NCBI GenBank assembly: GCA_905479805.1
Contig: CAJQNY010000079.1
Location: 6,915-70,914 of the forward strand
From: an uncultured Arenicella sp.
GTDB lineage: Bacteria > Pseudomonadota > Gammaproteobacteria > Arenicellales > Arenicellaceae
Direction of reading: 5' to 3'
Length of the DNA stretch: 64,000 nt
Made by a program: the position numbers and the translations under genes. Under the pieces are notes generated by a model. That model had not been told where the DNA came from and did not search any database. It was given only the letters and a program-made list of their open reading frames with translations. Positions 20,426 to 30,389 of the stretch are shown one piece after another; the stretch's first letter is position 1, and each line of letters begins with the position of its first letter.

Positions 20426-21145
20426 TTATTGCTGACTGTTGGTTAATGAACTTTCAACCAACTTTCCATCATCAATTGTAATCATATGGTCACACCTGCT
20501 GGCCAGTCGCTGTTCATGGGTAACTAATACTAAAGTCGCATCACTCTGTTCGTTTAACTCAAACAATAGATCACACACCTTCAAACCGGTTTTCTGATCA
20601 AGGTTCCCTGTTGGCTCATCGGCGAATAGAATTTTAGGCTGGCACGCAAATGCTCGGGCTATAGCAACTCGTTGCTGCTCTCCACCGGAAAGTTGTTTGG
20701 GGTAGTGGTTAACTCTTTCGGCAAGCCCCACTCTTAGCAAATACTTATTAGCTCGATCTAAGGCATGCTTATCGCCCGCCAACTCCATGGGCAACGATAC
20801 ATTCTCTAAAGCGGTCAAACTACTCAATAGTTGAAAGGTTTGGAACACAAAACCTACCATCTTCGCACGCACCGCTGCTCGACCTTCTTCATCCATCGCA
20901 GTAAGTTCGCTATCCCCTAACCAGACCTTACCTTTACTCGGCGTATCTAAACCCGCAAGCAGGCCCAATAATGTTGACTTACCTGCGCCGGACGGCCCTA
21001 CAATGGCCAGGCTTTGTCCACGGTTTAGTTCAAATGAAACATCATCTAGAATGGTTAGCTCATGATCAGATGTGCTCACCGTCTTACTCAAGTGTTCGGC
21101 ACGCAAAATATTATTATTCAAATTCACTCTCTTGTTCTTTGACAA
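20426..21145 (-). CDS. ybbA: YbbA-like ABC transporter ATP-binding protein
   Basis: [34 protein letters not shown]. Confidence 0.88.
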   Translation of the reverse strand: MSKNKRVNLNNNILRAEHLSKTVSTSDHELTILDDVSFELNRGQSLAIVGPSGAGKSTLLGLLAGLDTPSKGKVWLGDSELTAMDEEGRAAVRAKMVGFVFQTFQLLSSLTALENVSLPMELAGDKHALDRANKYLLRVGLAERVNHYPKQLSGGEQQRVAIARAFACQPKILFADEPTGNLDQKTGLKVCDLLFELNEQSDATLVLVTHEQRLASRCDHMITIDDGKLVESSLTNSQQ

Positions 21146-21351
21146 TAGGCATTCTATGTTTTGTATATTGGTATAATAACTCGACGCCTTAGCTTATTAA
21201 ATATCTGTTAAGCGCTTCAAACTTATCGATCAAAATTAGATAATGGCATTTCGCCTAAAAACAAGCTTGAACTCAACTCTATCGGAGCACGATTATCTCT
21301 TCACTTAAGAAACTAACGACTCATTTTGTTTCTCTAATCTTATACACATCG

Positions 21352-21951
21352 GTGTGCATTTTAAGTATTGTGCCTAACACTGCGATGGCGAAGTCAACAG
21401 ACAATGACCATTTGCTCATTTATGGCGACAGCCTTAGTGCCGCTTACGGTATGGAAATAGACCAAGGTTGGGTACATTTGCTTTCGCAGGATTTGGCTCC
21501 CCAAATTGAAGTCAGCAATGCAAGTATTTCAGGCGAAACCACCAGTGGCGGCTTAGCTCGCATTGAAAATACCATCGATGAACTTAAACCAAATTATGTT
21601 CTTCTCGAGCTAGGTGCAAATGACGGCTTACGCGGGATGTCTATCGATTTAATTCAGAGCAACTTAAATTCTATTATCGAATTTATAGAGAGTCGAGGAG
21701 TGCGGGTTCTGCTAGCAGGTATTTCATTACCAGCCAGCTATGGGCCGAGATACATCGACAGCTTCCGTAAGATGTATACAGACTTGGCGGGGCAACATGA
21801 TCTTGCGTTTATAGACTTGTACAACGAAGAATTTCTTGGCAGCTCTGATTACATTCAAGCTGACGGCCTGCATCCAACTGCGCTCAGCCAACCAATTATC
21901 CGAGATTCAATTCTACAGTTTTTGCTTGAACAAAAGATCCACGCACCCTAA
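21352..21951 (+). CDS. tesA: GDSL/SGNH arylesterase/acyl-CoA thioesterase I
   Basis: GDSLSAAYG, NASISGETT, LELGANDGLRG, DGLHP; conserved synteny with ybbA/ybbP. Start uncertain. Confidence 0.9.
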   Translation: MCILSIVPNTAMAKSTDNDHLLIYGDSLSAAYGMEIDQGWVHLLSQDLAPQIEVSNASISGETTSGGLARIENTIDELKPNYVLLELGANDGLRGMSIDLIQSNLNSIIEFIESRGVRVLLAGISLPASYGPRYIDSFRKMYTDLAGQHDLAFIDLYNEEFLGSSDYIQADGLHPTALSQPIIRDSILQFLLEQKIHAP

Positions 21952-22004
21952 CAGTCAGTAAGAAACAAAAGACAGAAGTAAGGAGATATGAACAATAAAA
22001 TTTA

Positions 22005-22481
22005 CTAGGCGGTTTTATTTTTCAATGCCGAAAGAGTTTTTTCAACCGCATCAACATAGGGGTTTGCCTGAGGACGATTACGTCGTATGTACTCCAATCC
22101 ATGCTCAATAGACATGCCGCGATAATGGCAAAGATAAGCTAGTACAGTCGCGGGCGCTCTACAGACACCTGCGTTGCAATGCACATAGATCCTTCTCCCT
22201 GCTACTAGTAAGTTATGCAATTGCATCACTGGTGCTTCCAGACGACGACTCATATCGAATTCGTCAAAATCTCGGATAGCGAAACGGTGAATTTCGATAT
22301 TATTGTACTGATAAGCGCTTTGCAACTTCTTCCAATCTATCGCATGGGTAATGAAGTCATCATCGCTCTGCAGCGACAACACCGCGTTGATACGCATTTG
22401 CCCGAGTCGAGCCACATCAACACTTGATTGCGGCGCGCATCCGACAAAAATATCTGACTCAATGTGTCCAAAGTTAAGCAT
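22005..22481 (-). CDS. Dual-specificity (Cys-based) phosphatase, glucan-phosphatase-like
   Basis: CX5R motif IYVHCNAGVCRAP; D-loop IRDFD; LSLQxxxD motif. Confidence 0.85.
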   Translation of the reverse strand: MLNFGHIESDIFVGCAPQSSVDVARLGQMRINAVLSLQSDDDFITHAIDWKKLQSAYQYNNIEIHRFAIRDFDEFDMSRRLEAPVMQLHNLLVAGRRIYVHCNAGVCRAPATVLAYLCHYRGMSIEHGLEYIRRNRPQANPYVDAVEKTLSALKNKTA

Positions 22482-22524
22482 AGTAGGACCTTTTAATTTT
22501 ACTAAGCAAAGTACAACTTGCTAA

Positions 22525-23601
22525 TCAACAATGATAGTTGGTGCTATGTGATTTTACTGTGTTCACTAGTGCTGTCATGTTTTCCGGCTTTGCGAAAGGT
22601 TGAATACCATGCCCCAAGTTAAAAATATGTCCTCTGTCTTCAGGGGCATGATGGCCGTAGGCTTCCAATACTTGTGTCGCCCCACTCATCACCTGTTGCT
22701 CGCCAGTATTCATAATCACTGGGTCCATATTACCTTGTAACACAACTTTATCACCAACTCGTGCTTTGGCGGCAGCCATATCTACAGTCCAATCCAAGCC
22801 TAAGCCATCACACTTGGTCTCAACCATCATTTCTAACCACTGACCGCCGCCTTTGGTAAACAAAACAACCGGCACATCTTGGGTGACAGGATCTGACTTC
22901 AAAGAGCTGACTATTTGGTGCATATACTCTAAGGAAAAACGTTGATAGTTATCCGTCGATAACATTCCACCCCAGGTATCAAATACCATCAAAGATTGGG
23001 CACCTGCTGCTACCTGCGCCCGAAGATAGTCGACGACTGAATCAGTTACAATTTGCAATAATCGATGCATCGAATTCGGGTCTTCAAACATAAGACCCTT
23101 AATTCTCCTAAATTCCTTACTGCCACTACCTTCAACCATATAGCTTGCAAGCGTCCAAGGGCTTCCTGTAAAACCGATTAACGGGACGCGATCGTTTAGC
23201 TCCTCGCGTATCACTTTAATAGCTGACGTTACATAACTAAGATCGGTTTCCATGTTAGGGATATGAATATTGTCTATATCTGAGATGGTTCTAATCGGCT
23301 TGTTAAATACCGGGCCGACACCTTCTTCTAAGACCAACTCAAGACCCATGGCATCCGGGATAGTCAGAATATCAGAAAATAAAATTGCAGCATCAAGCCC
23401 AAACCTATCAATAGGCTGCATAGTCACTTTACATGCTAACTCTGGGGTTTTACACAGGGTCAAGAAATCACCCGCCTGCTTTCTAGTTTCCCTGTATTCA
23501 GGTAAATAACGACCAGCTTGGCGCATCACCCAAATTGGCGTTCGTTCTACCTTTTCTCCGCGCAAAGTACGCAGATATAAATCGTTTCTAATTTCTCTCA
23601 T
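22525..23601 (-). CDS. hemE: Uroporphyrinogen decarboxylase
   Basis: PIWVMRQAGRYLPEYR, DAAILFSDIL, GSPWTLASY, HIFNLGHG. Confidence 0.97.
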   Translation of the reverse strand: MREIRNDLYLRTLRGEKVERTPIWVMRQAGRYLPEYRETRKQAGDFLTLCKTPELACKVTMQPIDRFGLDAAILFSDILTIPDAMGLELVLEEGVGPVFNKPIRTISDIDNIHIPNMETDLSYVTSAIKVIREELNDRVPLIGFTGSPWTLASYMVEGSGSKEFRRIKGLMFEDPNSMHRLLQIVTDSVVDYLRAQVAAGAQSLMVFDTWGGMLSTDNYQRFSLEYMHQIVSSLKSDPVTQDVPVVLFTKGGGQWLEMMVETKCDGLGLDWTVDMAAAKARVGDKVVLQGNMDPVIMNTGEQQVMSGATQVLEAYGHHAPEDRGHIFNLGHGIQPFAKPENMTALVNTVKSHSTNYHC

Positions 23602-23684
23602 GTTTTAGCTTGGTTTCGTCCGCGGAGTAAGTTGACTATAAGGGCTGTTTGAAACTATTTCTTTAATTAAGAAAGTGAGTTCCC

Positions 23685-24389
23685 TCAGCCAGAGAATACG
23701 GCCGCAATTTCGGCCTGCAAAGTTATCGCTGCCTGCTTTGGATCTTCGGCATCCCTAATTGGTCGACCAACAACAATATAATCTGCCCCGTTTTCAAAAG
23801 CTTGAGCTGCAGTTACCACTCTTTTTTGGTCATCATCATTGTCGATGGGCCGAATACCAGGAGTAACTATCATGAAAGAGTTGCCTAGTTTTTCTCGCAT
23901 TGCTTGAGCCTCATGGCCGGATGCAACAACGCCATCACAACCTAGTTGAACTGCTCGCTTCGCTCTAGATAGAACTAAACTCTCCACATTACAGTCGAAA
24001 CCAAGGTCATCCAAGTCGCCTCTATCTAAGCTAGTAAGTACGGTGACTGCCAAAACTTTCACATCACCTTTATTCTCTGCCGCCGCTCGCATGATACTGT
24101 CGTTCCCATGTATCGTGGCAAAAGTAACGCCTTTACCATTTAGTTGTGCTACAGCGCGTCCGACTGTTGCCGGGACGTCAAAAAACTTAAGATCAACAAA
24201 TATTTTCTTGTTCTGGTTAGATAGCCATTCTAATAATTCAAAATACTCGCCCGACATAAAAAGTTCGAGACCGATCTTATAAAACACGACAGAGTCGCCT
24301 AAGGATTGGACTACCGCTTTAGCCTGTTGCGCAGTTGGCACATCAAGAGCAACAATTAAGCGTTCGTTTATATTTATCTCATTATTCAT
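23685..24389 (-). CDS. pyrF: Orotidine-5'-phosphate decarboxylase
   Basis: LIVALD, FVDLKFFDVPATV, VTVLTS, TPGIR, VVGRPI. Confidence 0.96.
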   Translation of the reverse strand: MNNEININERLIVALDVPTAQQAKAVVQSLGDSVVFYKIGLELFMSGEYFELLEWLSNQNKKIFVDLKFFDVPATVGRAVAQLNGKGVTFATIHGNDSIMRAAAENKGDVKVLAVTVLTSLDRGDLDDLGFDCNVESLVLSRAKRAVQLGCDGVVASGHEAQAMREKLGNSFMIVTPGIRPIDNDDDQKRVVTAAQAFENGADYIVVGRPIRDAEDPKQAAITLQAEIAAVFSG

Positions 24390-24473
24390 TTTTACGACTC
24401 TTTACTCTTACCTAATCTTCAATACTAACAAGACCGACCCTTCTTGCAGAAACTTCCTTTTAATCCTAAAAAG

Positions 24474-24980
24474 CTAAACGTCAAATGATTGGAGTATCTC
24501 CTCTACTACCTTGGAAACCACTCGATCCCCTGACATTACTATCAGGTCAGCTTCTTGTTCATACAAACTGCCTCGTTCTTCCATGAGCTCATGCAATTTG
24601 TCTTTCACATCAACATTTTCTAAAAGTGGCCTGTTTTGGTTTTTTTGTGTTCGCGCAAGCTGCGTTTCAATAGTGGTCTTTAGATAAACTACATATCCAC
24701 TCTTGCGTAACAAAATACGGTTTTCCTCGGAAGTAATCGCTCCACCACCAGTTGCCAATACGATGCCACTACGTTCACACAGTTCTGCAAGCATCTTGGT
24801 TTCTCTCTTACGGAAACCATCCTCGCCTTCAATGTCAAAAATAGTCGAAATTGATACTCCACATCGATCTTCGATCATGTGGTCAGAATCAACGAAATCC
24901 ATACGCGTTCGGGCCGCCAGCTGTTTACCAACAGTTGTTTTTCCCGACCCCATAGGCCCTATTAAAATTAAGTTCTGCAT
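24474..24980 (-). CDS. aroK: Shikimate kinase
   Basis: GPMGSGKTTVG, IFDIEGEDGFR, ATGGG, RPLL; downstream of pilQ. Confidence 0.96.
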   Translation of the reverse strand: MQNLILIGPMGSGKTTVGKQLAARTRMDFVDSDHMIEDRCGVSISTIFDIEGEDGFRKRETKMLAELCERSGIVLATGGGAITSEENRILLRKSGYVVYLKTTIETQLARTQKNQNRPLLENVDVKDKLHELMEERGSLYEQEADLIVMSGDRVVSKVVEEILQSFDV

Positions 24981-25086
24981 ATCTTCTACTTGATTATTTG
25001 TGCGACAGAAAATCTATCGTGAAGGCTATTTATTGTGTGCTTTTACGAGCCATCAATATCATTATTCAACTACTAAGTTCTCACAC

Positions 25087-25117
25087 GCAAAAGCAGGAGC
25101 CTAGCTCCTGCCTCTGC
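25087..25117 (-). terminator. Intrinsic terminator after pilQ
   Basis: Minus strand reads GCAGGAGC-TAG-GCTCCTGC followed by TTTT. Confidence 0.7.
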
Positions 25118-25139
25118 TGTACTAATGATATAGTGTTTC

Positions 25140-27431
25140 TTATCCCAAATTCAATTTCGGGCTGATTATTTTTGGCGTTAGAAAAATCAATAATTCGGTG
25201 CGACCTTCACGCTTAGAGCGTTTTTTGAACAAATTCCCCAATATCGGAATATCGCCCAGAAACGGTACTTTAGTCTGCCCTTCGTTAAATTCCTCTTGGT
25301 AGATCCCGCCAATAATAATTGTTTCTCCATTATCAGCGAGTACTTGAGTCGATATTTCTTTCTTTCGAAGTGCAGCAGCAACATTTTGATCCGCGTTTGG
25401 AATAAAACTATCCTGCGTTATATTAACATCAAGCACCACTCGATCGTCAGGCGTAATTTGTGGAGTGACCAACAATTCAAGCACCGCCTCTTTAGTTTCA
25501 ACCGTCACATTATCCTGGCCGAAAACAGTGAAAACTCTTTCTTCACCCTGCTTTATGGATGCTTCTTTTTGATTGGCCGTAACTAACCTTGGACTTGCAA
25601 CAATCTTGCCTCTTCCGTCAGCCTCTAAGGCTGACAATTCCAGCGTAATCAAGTGAGCAAACCCAGTTCCGGCTCTAAAAATATCAAATGCGTAAGAAGC
25701 AGGTAGATTTCCATCAATACCATTAGCACCCAAATCTACAGCTAGTCCACCAGGTCTACCCCTAGAACGATCAATTGCAGCATCTTCATCTGTACCTTCT
25801 AATGCCTCCTGCAAAAAGGTGTTCCCCTCAGTAGTTCCTGAACCATAAATTGTCCCAATATTAGAACCACTAGCACCTGGAAACTTTGCGTTCTGAGTAA
25901 GGCGTTGAAATCCAAGCCTAGCACCAAGCTCTCTACTGAAAGTATCACTTGCCTCTACTATTCTAGTTTCAATTAAAACTTGTCTGACTGGCTTGTCCAA
26001 TTTACCAATTAAATTTCTCAGCTCCTTAATTTTGCCAGCTACATCTTGAACCAACAGGCTGTTCGTTCTTTCGTCAACCGTAACACTACCTCTTGCCGTT
26101 AACAAAGAGTTCTTATCTGTTTCCGTGACGTTTTGAGAAATTCCGCTATTACCAGCAAGTCCGGAAGTTGATGAAGTCGTACCCTGTTTTACCACTTTCA
26201 CAGATTTAATTACATCCGCTATATCTTTTGCTTTAGCGTAATTAATCTGAATGATCTCTGAAACTAGCGGGGCGAACTCGGCAACAATTGCATTTGCCTT
26301 CAATTGCTCTTCTTCAAATTTAGCGATTTCCTTAGAGGGCGCTACCCAAACCACATTTCCCGTTTGTCTTTTAGATAAACCTTTCGTCTTCATTATTACA
26401 TCTAATGCTTGGTCCCAAGGTACATCTTGTAGATTAATAGTTATTTCTCCAGTAACCGAATCGCTGGTCACAAAATTAATCCCAGTAAAATCCGCAATGA
26501 CGGCTAGTGCTGATCGTACATCTATTTTTTGAAAATTGATCGACAACCTTTCGCCGGTGAAGCCCAGCAGTGCATCTTCTTCATTCTTTAAATCTTCTTC
26601 CGATTCAATAATGGGGTCAACCACCAAGGTGTACCGTGTTCCGGCTTGAAATGACAAGTGTTGGTATTTACCTTGTGGGACAACGACCAATCTAACGTTG
26701 TCTGAATTTTGAAATGCGTCTACCGTTTGCACAGGCGTTGCAAAATCGACCACATCTAATCTGCGCTCAAACTCGGTGGGCAACGTGACACCCAACAAAT
26801 CGATAATTATCTCTCCATCTCTTTCTCTGGTATCTACCGTAACACCATCTTCATTTAGGTCGATGATCAAACTACCGCCTCCAGCTTCAGAGCGGCGAAA
26901 ATCCACATTAGTGACAGAGCTATCCGGAAGGACATCGGGTCTTTTGGCAAATGGCTTTGGTTGAGTCTTTAGGCTGTTGTCAAATTCAGTGTTGAAGATC
27001 GTTATCGCGTACCCATCCATTGCATCAGAGAGTTCGTAACGCGCGGTCTCGGTTAGGTTAATGATAACCCTAGTTCGATCAGGGGTTTCAACGGCGACTA
27101 CACTTTGAACTTGACCGGCGTTAATCGGCACCATGCTCTCAACCATTTCCTTTTTCATGCCAAAAAAGTCTAATGCAATCCTGGCAGGATTATCCGTACT
27201 AAAACTGCCTGGTTTCACAACGTTTCCGTCGGTCACCAAATTTATTTGCACATCATTGCCAGCAAGCTTGCTATAAATGATATTTTTTAGAATGACTGAA
27301 CTTTGGGCAGTTCCCGACCCGGCACCAATCATTAGCAAAATTCCCGCAACTAATTTAATTACCCGCATGGACACATTAGGGTTTAGGTGGTTTGCTCTCA
27401 TAGTTTTTGTTCCTGATCGGTAATTATTCAT
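25140..27431 (-). CDS. pilQ: Type IV pilus secretin PilQ
   Basis: AMIN domains, LDVVDFATPV, VPWDQALD, VDERTNSL, QVLIETRIVEA, KVPFLGDIPILGNLF. Confidence 0.95.
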   Translation of the reverse strand: MNNYRSGTKTMRANHLNPNVSMRVIKLVAGILLMIGAGSGTAQSSVILKNIIYSKLAGNDVQINLVTDGNVVKPGSFSTDNPARIALDFFGMKKEMVESMVPINAGQVQSVVAVETPDRTRVIINLTETARYELSDAMDGYAITIFNTEFDNSLKTQPKPFAKRPDVLPDSSVTNVDFRRSEAGGGSLIIDLNEDGVTVDTRERDGEIIIDLLGVTLPTEFERRLDVVDFATPVQTVDAFQNSDNVRLVVVPQGKYQHLSFQAGTRYTLVVDPIIESEEDLKNEEDALLGFTGERLSINFQKIDVRSALAVIADFTGINFVTSDSVTGEITINLQDVPWDQALDVIMKTKGLSKRQTGNVVWVAPSKEIAKFEEEQLKANAIVAEFAPLVSEIIQINYAKAKDIADVIKSVKVVKQGTTSSTSGLAGNSGISQNVTETDKNSLLTARGSVTVDERTNSLLVQDVAGKIKELRNLIGKLDKPVRQVLIETRIVEASDTFSRELGARLGFQRLTQNAKFPGASGSNIGTIYGSGTTEGNTFLQEALEGTDEDAAIDRSRGRPGGLAVDLGANGIDGNLPASYAFDIFRAGTGFAHLITLELSALEADGRGKIVASPRLVTANQKEASIKQGEERVFTVFGQDNVTVETKEAVLELLVTPQITPDDRVVLDVNITQDSFIPNADQNVAAALRKKEISTQVLADNGETIIIGGIYQEEFNEGQTKVPFLGDIPILGNLFKKRSKREGRTELLIFLTPKIISPKLNLG

Positions 27432-27987
27432 CTATCGAAATTTCTCTTTCGCGGGAGACCCAACGGCCCGCTGTATCTAAAACGAGTTCAGCTAAAATCA
27501 CTTTTTGCTCATCGAGCGAAATTTCTGTGATTTTACCATCGTTTTGCCCCATATAGTTTCCTAGCGTTGCTCGCAATGCTTTGCCATCGGATGTCTGCAC
27601 GATTACCCACGCTATTTGATCTTGAGTCAGTGTGCCAACCATCTTTAACGCATCTAGAGGATATGCCTCAAGTGGTTCTTTACGACGATTTTCATCTGGA
27701 CTGCCACCCTCTCCCGACACACCATCGGCACGAGTATTCTCAATATTTTTTGAACCAAATGGATCCTCTGAATCTGCTGCTGCGTACTCAAACCCCTTAT
27801 AAGGTTGAATTTCAGGTAGCGGCTCTATTTCTGGCTTCTTATCTTGATATGCTGTAGCAACGAACTGTCTAAGATCATCCATTTCTCCGCTCTGACAAGC
27901 CTGAAACAATCCCATGACACCTATAATTAGTATTGCCTTGAATACCCCAGGCGTATCAACATCTCTATTTTTGTTACGATAACTCAT
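27424..27987 (-). CDS. pilP: Type IV pilus lipoprotein PilP
   Basis: Lipobox FQAC, IEPLPE, RRKEPLEAYPLDALKMVGTL, GNYMGQNDG. Confidence 0.93.
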   Translation of the reverse strand: MSYRNKNRDVDTPGVFKAILIIGVMGLFQACQSGEMDDLRQFVATAYQDKKPEIEPLPEIQPYKGFEYAAADSEDPFGSKNIENTRADGVSGEGGSPDENRRKEPLEAYPLDALKMVGTLTQDQIAWVIVQTSDGKALRATLGNYMGQNDGKITEISLDEQKVILAELVLDTAGRWVSREREISIDE

Positions 27988-28604
27988 TGGTTTGCTTGTC
28001 CGTTAGGAGTGTCGATATATGAATCCTCTAAATAGTGGTAGGTTTTCGTCACGGCGCTAAGGCTTAGGTTATTGCTGCCTTCTTTTCCTCGCGTAAGCTT
28101 AAAGTTATCCACATTAATGATCCTCGGCAGTGCCGCTATATCGCTAATAAAAGACGCAATTTGATGATATTCACCATTCGCTTTGATATTGACTAATTTC
28201 TCAGCATAAAAATCCTTTTCAATCGTTGCTCCTGGCTTGATTTGCTCAAACTGTAACCCTCGAGACAACCCTACTTGCGTCATATCAATTAATAAATCAG
28301 GAATTTCACTTTCATTGGGCAGCTGTTTTAGCAAAACCCCAAAAGTCTCTTCCGCTTCAACCATCTGCTGTTTATAGGCATCCAAATTAATGGCTAAAGC
28401 CTTTTTCTCCAAGAATGTGTTTTTTAGTTGTGGTTCTTTTTTTTCCACACTTTCTAGTTCAAGAATTTGATCTTTAATCACAAAGTAATAGCCCAAGGCA
28501 CAAATCAAGAGGCATAACAATCCTGCCATGACAAGCTTTACTCGTCTTGTCCAAGAACCAATATCATTGATATCTAAACTGCTTAATTCTTCTATTATTC
28601 CCAT
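27984..28604 (-). CDS. pilO: Type IV pilus assembly protein PilO
   Basis: NLDAYKQQM, LLKQLP..EIPDLL, FYAE, LPRII. Confidence 0.93.
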   Translation of the reverse strand: MGIIEELSSLDINDIGSWTRRVKLVMAGLLCLLICALGYYFVIKDQILELESVEKKEPQLKNTFLEKKALAINLDAYKQQMVEAEETFGVLLKQLPNESEIPDLLIDMTQVGLSRGLQFEQIKPGATIEKDFYAEKLVNIKANGEYHQIASFISDIAALPRIINVDNFKLTRGKEGSNNLSLSAVTKTYHYLEDSYIDTPNGQANQ

Positions 28605-28613
28605 TACTGGCCT

Positions 28614-29189
28614 CTATCGGACGGCTTCAACGCCGTCATCATTCTTTTCTTGTCGCTCTTCTTTAACTTCCACATTGAACTTACTAACCAATGCTCCGTT
28701 ATCGTCGAGAATATCTACTACTTTGAGCGATGAATTATCAAACCATTCAGAAGAGTCTAAATTTCGCATCAATGCAGATACGCGGCCATTGGATTGAGCT
28801 TTACCACTGATTACAAGAGTATTGGATCTTTTTGAAATATTGTCATAAAAGACGCCCTTAGGAAGCTTGGTCACTAGGTCATCAAACACATGGACTATCT
28901 GAGAGCGGTTGGACTGCAATGCTTGAATAACCTCCATACGCGCTAACAATGCGTCTCTTTTGCTTTTAAGGTCTTCGATTTCACGAATCACTTTAGAAAG
29001 AGCATTAATTTCAGAAGTCAGGTAAGAATTTCGACTCTCCTGATAATTAATCATTGAATCGACGTAGCTTTTCGCTAATAAGACGGCGCACGCTGCGGCA
29101 ATCCACATCGCCACACAAATCGTGAACGTCGTTCGATTACGGTCACGTCGCTGGGCTTCTCGCCATGGTAATAAATTAATATTTGCCAT
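28614..29189 (-). CDS. pilN: Type IV pilus assembly protein PilN
   Basis: MANINLLPWRE, GKAQSNGRVSALMRNL. Confidence 0.94.
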   Translation of the reverse strand: MANINLLPWREAQRRDRNRTTFTICVAMWIAAACAVLLAKSYVDSMINYQESRNSYLTSEINALSKVIREIEDLKSKRDALLARMEVIQALQSNRSQIVHVFDDLVTKLPKGVFYDNISKRSNTLVISGKAQSNGRVSALMRNLDSSEWFDNSSLKVVDILDDNGALVSKFNVEVKEERQEKNDDGVEAVR

Positions 29190-30238
29190 TACATCAACCC
29201 TCTCAACGATAGGCCATATGCGATGGATAGACCTGGAGCCATTCTCGTAATCGCGTCTCTATTCATCTGCACCGTGGCATTTGCTACAGGATTAAGTACA
29301 GTAACTTTAGTCCGCATTTTCATTTCTAGATCCGCGGCCAATCCATTTAGCGCGCAACATGAACCAGACAAAACAATACTATCAATATTCGAAAACGCAC
29401 TTGAAGAATAAAAGAACTGTAAAGCACGACTTACTTCTTGTCGCAACATTTCGACAAATGGCTCTTGAACCGCAGTCAGAAAATCTCCGGGCGGTTGTGA
29501 AGAATGTAAAATTTCTTCGGCCTCGTCTGCAGACACCCCGTATTCTTTACGGATCAATTTAATCAACTGAGATGCGCCAAAATTTTGATGCCTGGAATAC
29601 AGCACGCGTTCATCATCGACGACCATCAAATGGCTAGTTGATGAACCGACATCAAACAAAGCAACGGGTTGGTCCGAATTGGCGGTTAGACTATTCTGAG
29701 ATCGATACACACGCTCCAAAGCATAGGTATCAATATCAATATACTTTAGGCCCAATTCAGAATCTTCAATCAAATCAATATAATCATCCACAATGCTACG
29801 TCGACAGGCGACTAGCAAGACATCGTTTTCTTGATCATTGTTGCTGGAAGGCCCCAATACCTCAAAATCAATATTAACCTCATCGATTGGGTACGGAATA
29901 AAGTGCAAAGCCTCAATGCTGATCTGCTCTTCCATTTCCAACTCAGAAATGTCAACGGGCATCCCAAGCACTTTAGTAATAGCATGTGAAGACGAAACCG
30001 AAACTGCAACACTCTCACCCTTTGCGCCAGACTTTATGATCAATCCATTCAGGGCATCAGAAATTAACTCTGAGTTCGCGATGGTATTTTCGGAGAACGC
30101 GCCCACAGGAAGTGGTGCCACGCCCCAGGCTATGACTCTTGGATTGGCATAAGAACCAGCTAACTCAACCAACTTAATGGAATGAGTGCCAATATCTACA
30201 CCAAGGACTGCATTTGATTTTGAACGAAACAGTTTCAA
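29189..30238 (-). CDS. pilM: Type IV pilus assembly protein PilM
   Basis: LGVDIG..SIKLVEL, IPYPIDEV.IDF, RALQFF; TTG start with GGAGG RBS. Confidence 0.94.
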   Translation of the reverse strand: MKLFRSKSNAVLGVDIGTHSIKLVELAGSYANPRVIAWGVAPLPVGAFSENTIANSELISDALNGLIIKSGAKGESVAVSVSSSHAITKVLGMPVDISELEMEEQISIEALHFIPYPIDEVNIDFEVLGPSSNNDQENDVLLVACRRSIVDDYIDLIEDSELGLKYIDIDTYALERVYRSQNSLTANSDQPVALFDVGSSTSHLMVVDDERVLYSRHQNFGASQLIKLIRKEYGVSADEAEEILHSSQPPGDFLTAVQEPFVEMLRQEVSRALQFFYSSSAFSNIDSIVLSGSCCALNGLAADLEMKMRTKVTVLNPVANATVQMNRDAITRMAPGLSIAYGLSLRGLM

Positions 30239-30389
30239 GAAACCTCCATAAAAACCGTTATTTATATCATTGTTGTAACTTCTTACCTTAAAGTCTAACT
30301 AACCTTTGGCAATAATGCTACATTTCTATTTAGGAAATTTCGTAATTAATATATGATCTTGCGAAAGATTATTGAAATAATTTCTAGCT

